NCBI GenBank assembly: GCA_010356995.1
Contig: ML996706.1
Coordinates: forward strand, 501,789-565,788
Direction: 5' to 3'
DNA from: Trichodelitschia bisporula
Taxonomy: Eukaryota
Length of the DNA: 64,000 bases
Shown: piece after piece, positions 60,708 to 64,000 of the stretch
Layout: each line of letters opens with the position of its first letter
How positions within the stretch are numbered: position 1 is the stretch's first letter
The notes under the pieces: generated by a model
What the model was told of the DNA's origin: nothing
Database searches by the model: none
The model's input: only the letters and a program-made list of their open reading frames with translations
Position numbers and translations under genes: made by a program

Positions 60708-62214
60708 GGTGGTGGTTATGAGAGTTGTGAGGAGAGAGAGTGTGTGTACGGAGAGAAGTGAAAGGTATAGAGGAGGAAGGGACGGCTGCGGGGTGCGGTG
60801 TCGTTGGCGAAGTCGCGGTGGTGGGCGCGGGGTTGTGCAGGTGGGGCTTGTGCGGCGTTTCACTGGGTTGGAGCTTGTGTTGGTTTTCTTTGATTGGATG
60901 GGGTGGGGAGCTTTCACCGCTTGGGGTCACGTGGTGTGAGAGGGGGATTGAGGGGTAGATGTGAGTGGAGATGGGAATCGAGAGGGAGAGAGAAGAACTG
61001 AGCTCGAGGCCTCAATAATTGAAGCTACGGATGCAGACTCATATAGCTTACACCAAGCCCAGGCGTAGAGGCGAGCAGCATGTCCTCGCCGTGCTTGCTG
61101 TGATATCGCGACTTCTAATTTACTGCGATCGAGTGGTTGCCATCCGTCAGTCTCGATACAATTTTGCTCGAGGAAAGGGAATGTGCGTGCGAAGATCTTC
61201 ATCAACGATATGGCGCCTGATGCATTGCCTTGTGGCTAGCGTCCAACGGCATTGTCGAGGCGAGGTGAGCGGACGGCAACAAAGGCAATTCTAAGCAACA
61301 GCTCACTTTCTGTATTGTGTTTTCACAAAGAGGGAGAATCCCAATCTGCGAAACAATCTGTGATGCAAGAGTGTTTGGAGATCCAGCAAGCGAGCGCTTG
61401 TCTGAAAGGACAGGTGTACTTTCGCTGGAGTTGAAACGACATCGCTGCAGAGTGACTTCCTTGCCAATGCATACACTATATCTCAGGGGCTGGAATGGCT
61501 TCCACAGTAGTTGTGAGTGCTGCAGAGATGTGGATGAATTGTGACCATTTTATCGTTGTCATCGTGGGCTGAATTTCGGTCCCGAAACTGGGCGGAATGG
61601 ACAAAACCTTCAACCACAAGATAGTCATCTCAAACTCCAGATTCCCCAATCTCGTGATAGCATTATGCCTTCAGGCGGAGTTGATAAAAGGTATCTAGAC
61701 AATCAATCCTTCCTCTATCGCATTTATCGTGAGGTCAGCGGACGACATCTCAAGTTTTGCCATGATGATTATCTCGCGTTTGCATCATGAAGGCAACTCC
61801 GCAGCACTACCGGCCTCAGTTATATCACTTGGGTCCTCCGGCTCAACGATTCTAATCCGGCAAAAACGACACCGTACGTGGTCACATTCAGAACAGCTTG
61901 GATTCATCGAGCACAGCTTTGGGCCGTCGCTGCATCCGCACTAGGATCCTCATCAGCACAAGTCTCCCCCAAGGACAAGTCAAAACGTACGCAGTACCAC
62001 CTCAAACATATCATTGACACATTATCCTCCGTCTTCTTCAGCTCAGCGGCCCTGGCCTGTTGATGTGTAGAGTACTAGACGCAGAGATGGTGTACGGAAG
62101 GTACGAAGAGAACAGAGTCTTGAATTCAGTATTTGTGATCTGGATGAAGAGAAGAGAACGCAAGGCTAAGCTAAGGTACGATATATAAAGTCTGCTCTTC
62201 TTTCTGTGTAACCT

Positions 62215-62302
62215 ACCTTCGCCCCTCCTCGTGGAGACCTCCGCCCCTCTTCGTGGAAACCTTCGCCCCTCTTCGTGGAAACCTTCGCCCCTCTTCGTGG
62301 AG
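62215..62302. repeat. 22-bp tandem repeat ACCTTCGCCCCTCTTCGTGGA(A/G), 4 copies
   Basis: Seen directly in the intergenic region upstream of the APSES gene. Confidence 0.9.
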
Positions 62303-63049
62303 ACTGCGGTCGCGATATGCAGGCCTCCCGCCTCCGAAATCCCGACTGGCGGCACTATATCGTCGTTAGCCGATTGGAAGATTCCGCGTACCTGGATTGG
62401 ACCATGTGCTCTCCCGCAGCTGCAACCCTGGCCGAAGACGGAGGTGGGGTAGATTGACGGGGTGATAGAGAGAGAGAGATAGAGAGAGAAGGAGGGGAAC
62501 AGTGACCACCTCTCTTCACTCTCCACATTCCACAAGCACTAGAACACTCCCACAGGTCCTCCACCCTCTACATTCCGCTTGCGGAAGCTTAAGCAGTTTC
62601 ATCTTGAGCGTTGTCTCCTCAAAGCGTCCTTAACAAGCATCCGCTACAGACGCGCTTCGCTGGCTTCTCCTGCAGCTATTGGCGGATCCCCAGTCGAGGT
62701 GGAGTACAACGCATCATTCGCAGTCACGCCGGCAGAAACTACCCACCACTTGCTTTCTTCATCGTCGCAAAGCTGCTTGCTACTCACCAGTCGCAGTATT
62801 CACTTTATTGAATAACCGTACAAACGAAGCTCTTCGGCAGCCAGCACTCGAACGAACCTCGACGCCCTTGCACCAGCCACACACCAGCCACGCAAAAAAG
62901 CAAGGTACACCGAGGAGCGCGTCCGCCGAACTAAGCGCTATTGGCGCGCCAGAACCCCCCGAACCCCCCGAACCCCCCAAGCCCTTCCCCAGATCTTGCT
63001 CCACTCCAACACCCATCAACCCTCCCATCCCCCATCGCAAACCATCACC

Positions 63050-64000
63050 ATGGTGTCGGCCACGCGATCCCTGCCCGAAGCGCACAATCCGCTGCTCGAT
63101 CCAGAGCACACTCCGCCGCGTACGTTCCTCTTTCCTGCGCCGCGTCGGCGCGCGTGCGCCGCGCAATCGCGTCTTCCAGCCACCTTGCCAACGTCAAACT
63201 AACGCGCCGTCGCAGTCGAGATCCTCGTTGAGCGCCGTCGCCTCGGCCAGACGGATCTGTCCGTCAAGCATATGCAGCTGGGCCTGGTGAACGCAGCGAA
63301 GCCGGAGAATTTGGGCTTGTTCGACTATGCCCACTTGCGCGTGCCGCTGCCCAAGGATCTCAATGGGTCGGGCATCTTTTCGCTGCAGAAGACCCATACG
63401 TATCCCGAAAGCTACTTTCTGATGGTGCGCGCGCTCTTTTTTTGTCGTTTGGTTTTGTGACTGACGATGCGACAGCGCCGCTCGACGGATGGGTACATCT
63501 CCGCAACCGGCATGTTCAAGGCGGCCTACCCGTGGGCCACGGTCGAAGAGGAGCAGGTCGAGCGCAAGTACCACAAGGAGCTGCCGAGCGCCGGTCCAGA
63601 AGAGATCGCAGGCAACGTGTGGATCTCCCCCGAGCAAGGTCCGTTTCTCCAGCGCAACCAAACCCGCACAAACTAACATCACCAGCCCTGACCCTTGCCG
63701 ATGAGTACCGCATGCGCCCCTGGATCGTAGCCCTCCTCGACTCCTCCCCCATCGAAAAGGGCGCCAAGGACAAATCCGCCACGCAAATCTCTACCCCGCC
63801 CAAGTTCGTCGTCCCGGACAAGGACAAGCTGTTCACCGGCCCGCGCCTCGACGCGAGCACCATGCGCCGCCGTCTGCGGTCTGCGTCGCCCAGCAAGGCG
63901 CCCTCGCTCGCTGCGACCCCCACGCAGGCGGCGCGCAAGATCGCGTCCCCGCGCAAGCGTGGCCGGCCTAAGAAGGCGCCTGTCTCGGATACGGACGAGA
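63050..64000 (+). CDS. APSES/KilA-N domain protein, Bqt4-like (3' end outside window)
   Basis: [11 protein letters not shown] / [27 protein letters not shown] / [34 protein letters not shown] / [19 protein letters not shown]. Confidence 0.85.

Noticed and set aside
60950..63040. Short ORFs in the 2-kb RDI1-APSES intergenic region
   Set aside because: No recognisable motifs or consistent exon chain; likely promoter/UTR sequence.
1..64000. tRNA/rRNA genes and the many antisense or overlapping ORFs in the track
   Set aside because: No cloverleaf or rRNA motifs recognised by eye; overlapping ORFs are shadows of GC-rich coding sequence.

Overview
Gene-dense, intron-rich 64 kb of a filamentous ascomycete genome (GT-AG introns with CTRAC branch points; Pezizomycotina, possibly Dothideomycetes, by inference). 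About 30 mostly housekeeping genes can be supported, including PDX3, ATP17, a complex I NDUFS4 subunit, BUB3, POP5, NUF2, GID8, URK1, thioredoxin, SHE9, KEI1, GPN2, TOA2, VMA16, gephyrin/CnxE, APL6, PPG1, RDI1 and a Bqt4-like APSES gene. Two non-housekeeping islands interrupt them. (1) At 42.6-45.7 kb is a tandem array of four short genes resembling the Copia Gag N-terminus, only one full-length, with no pol or LTRs. (2) At 52.55-57.3 kb is an orphan 4-exon Gly/Arg-rich, NLS-bearing gene. Downstream of it lie more splice signals, about 26 short repeat units (many folding as covarying hairpins), and three copies of a ~100-nt unit, two of which have complete box C/D'/C'/D geometry on the minus strand. 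Also notable are a 7-exon divergent histone H4 variant missed by the ORF track, a secreted repeat protein with Kex2-like sites, a probable Zip2/SHOC1-like gene, and strong C-rich/G-rich blocks within genes. All family assignments come from motif recognition by eye; no searches were run.
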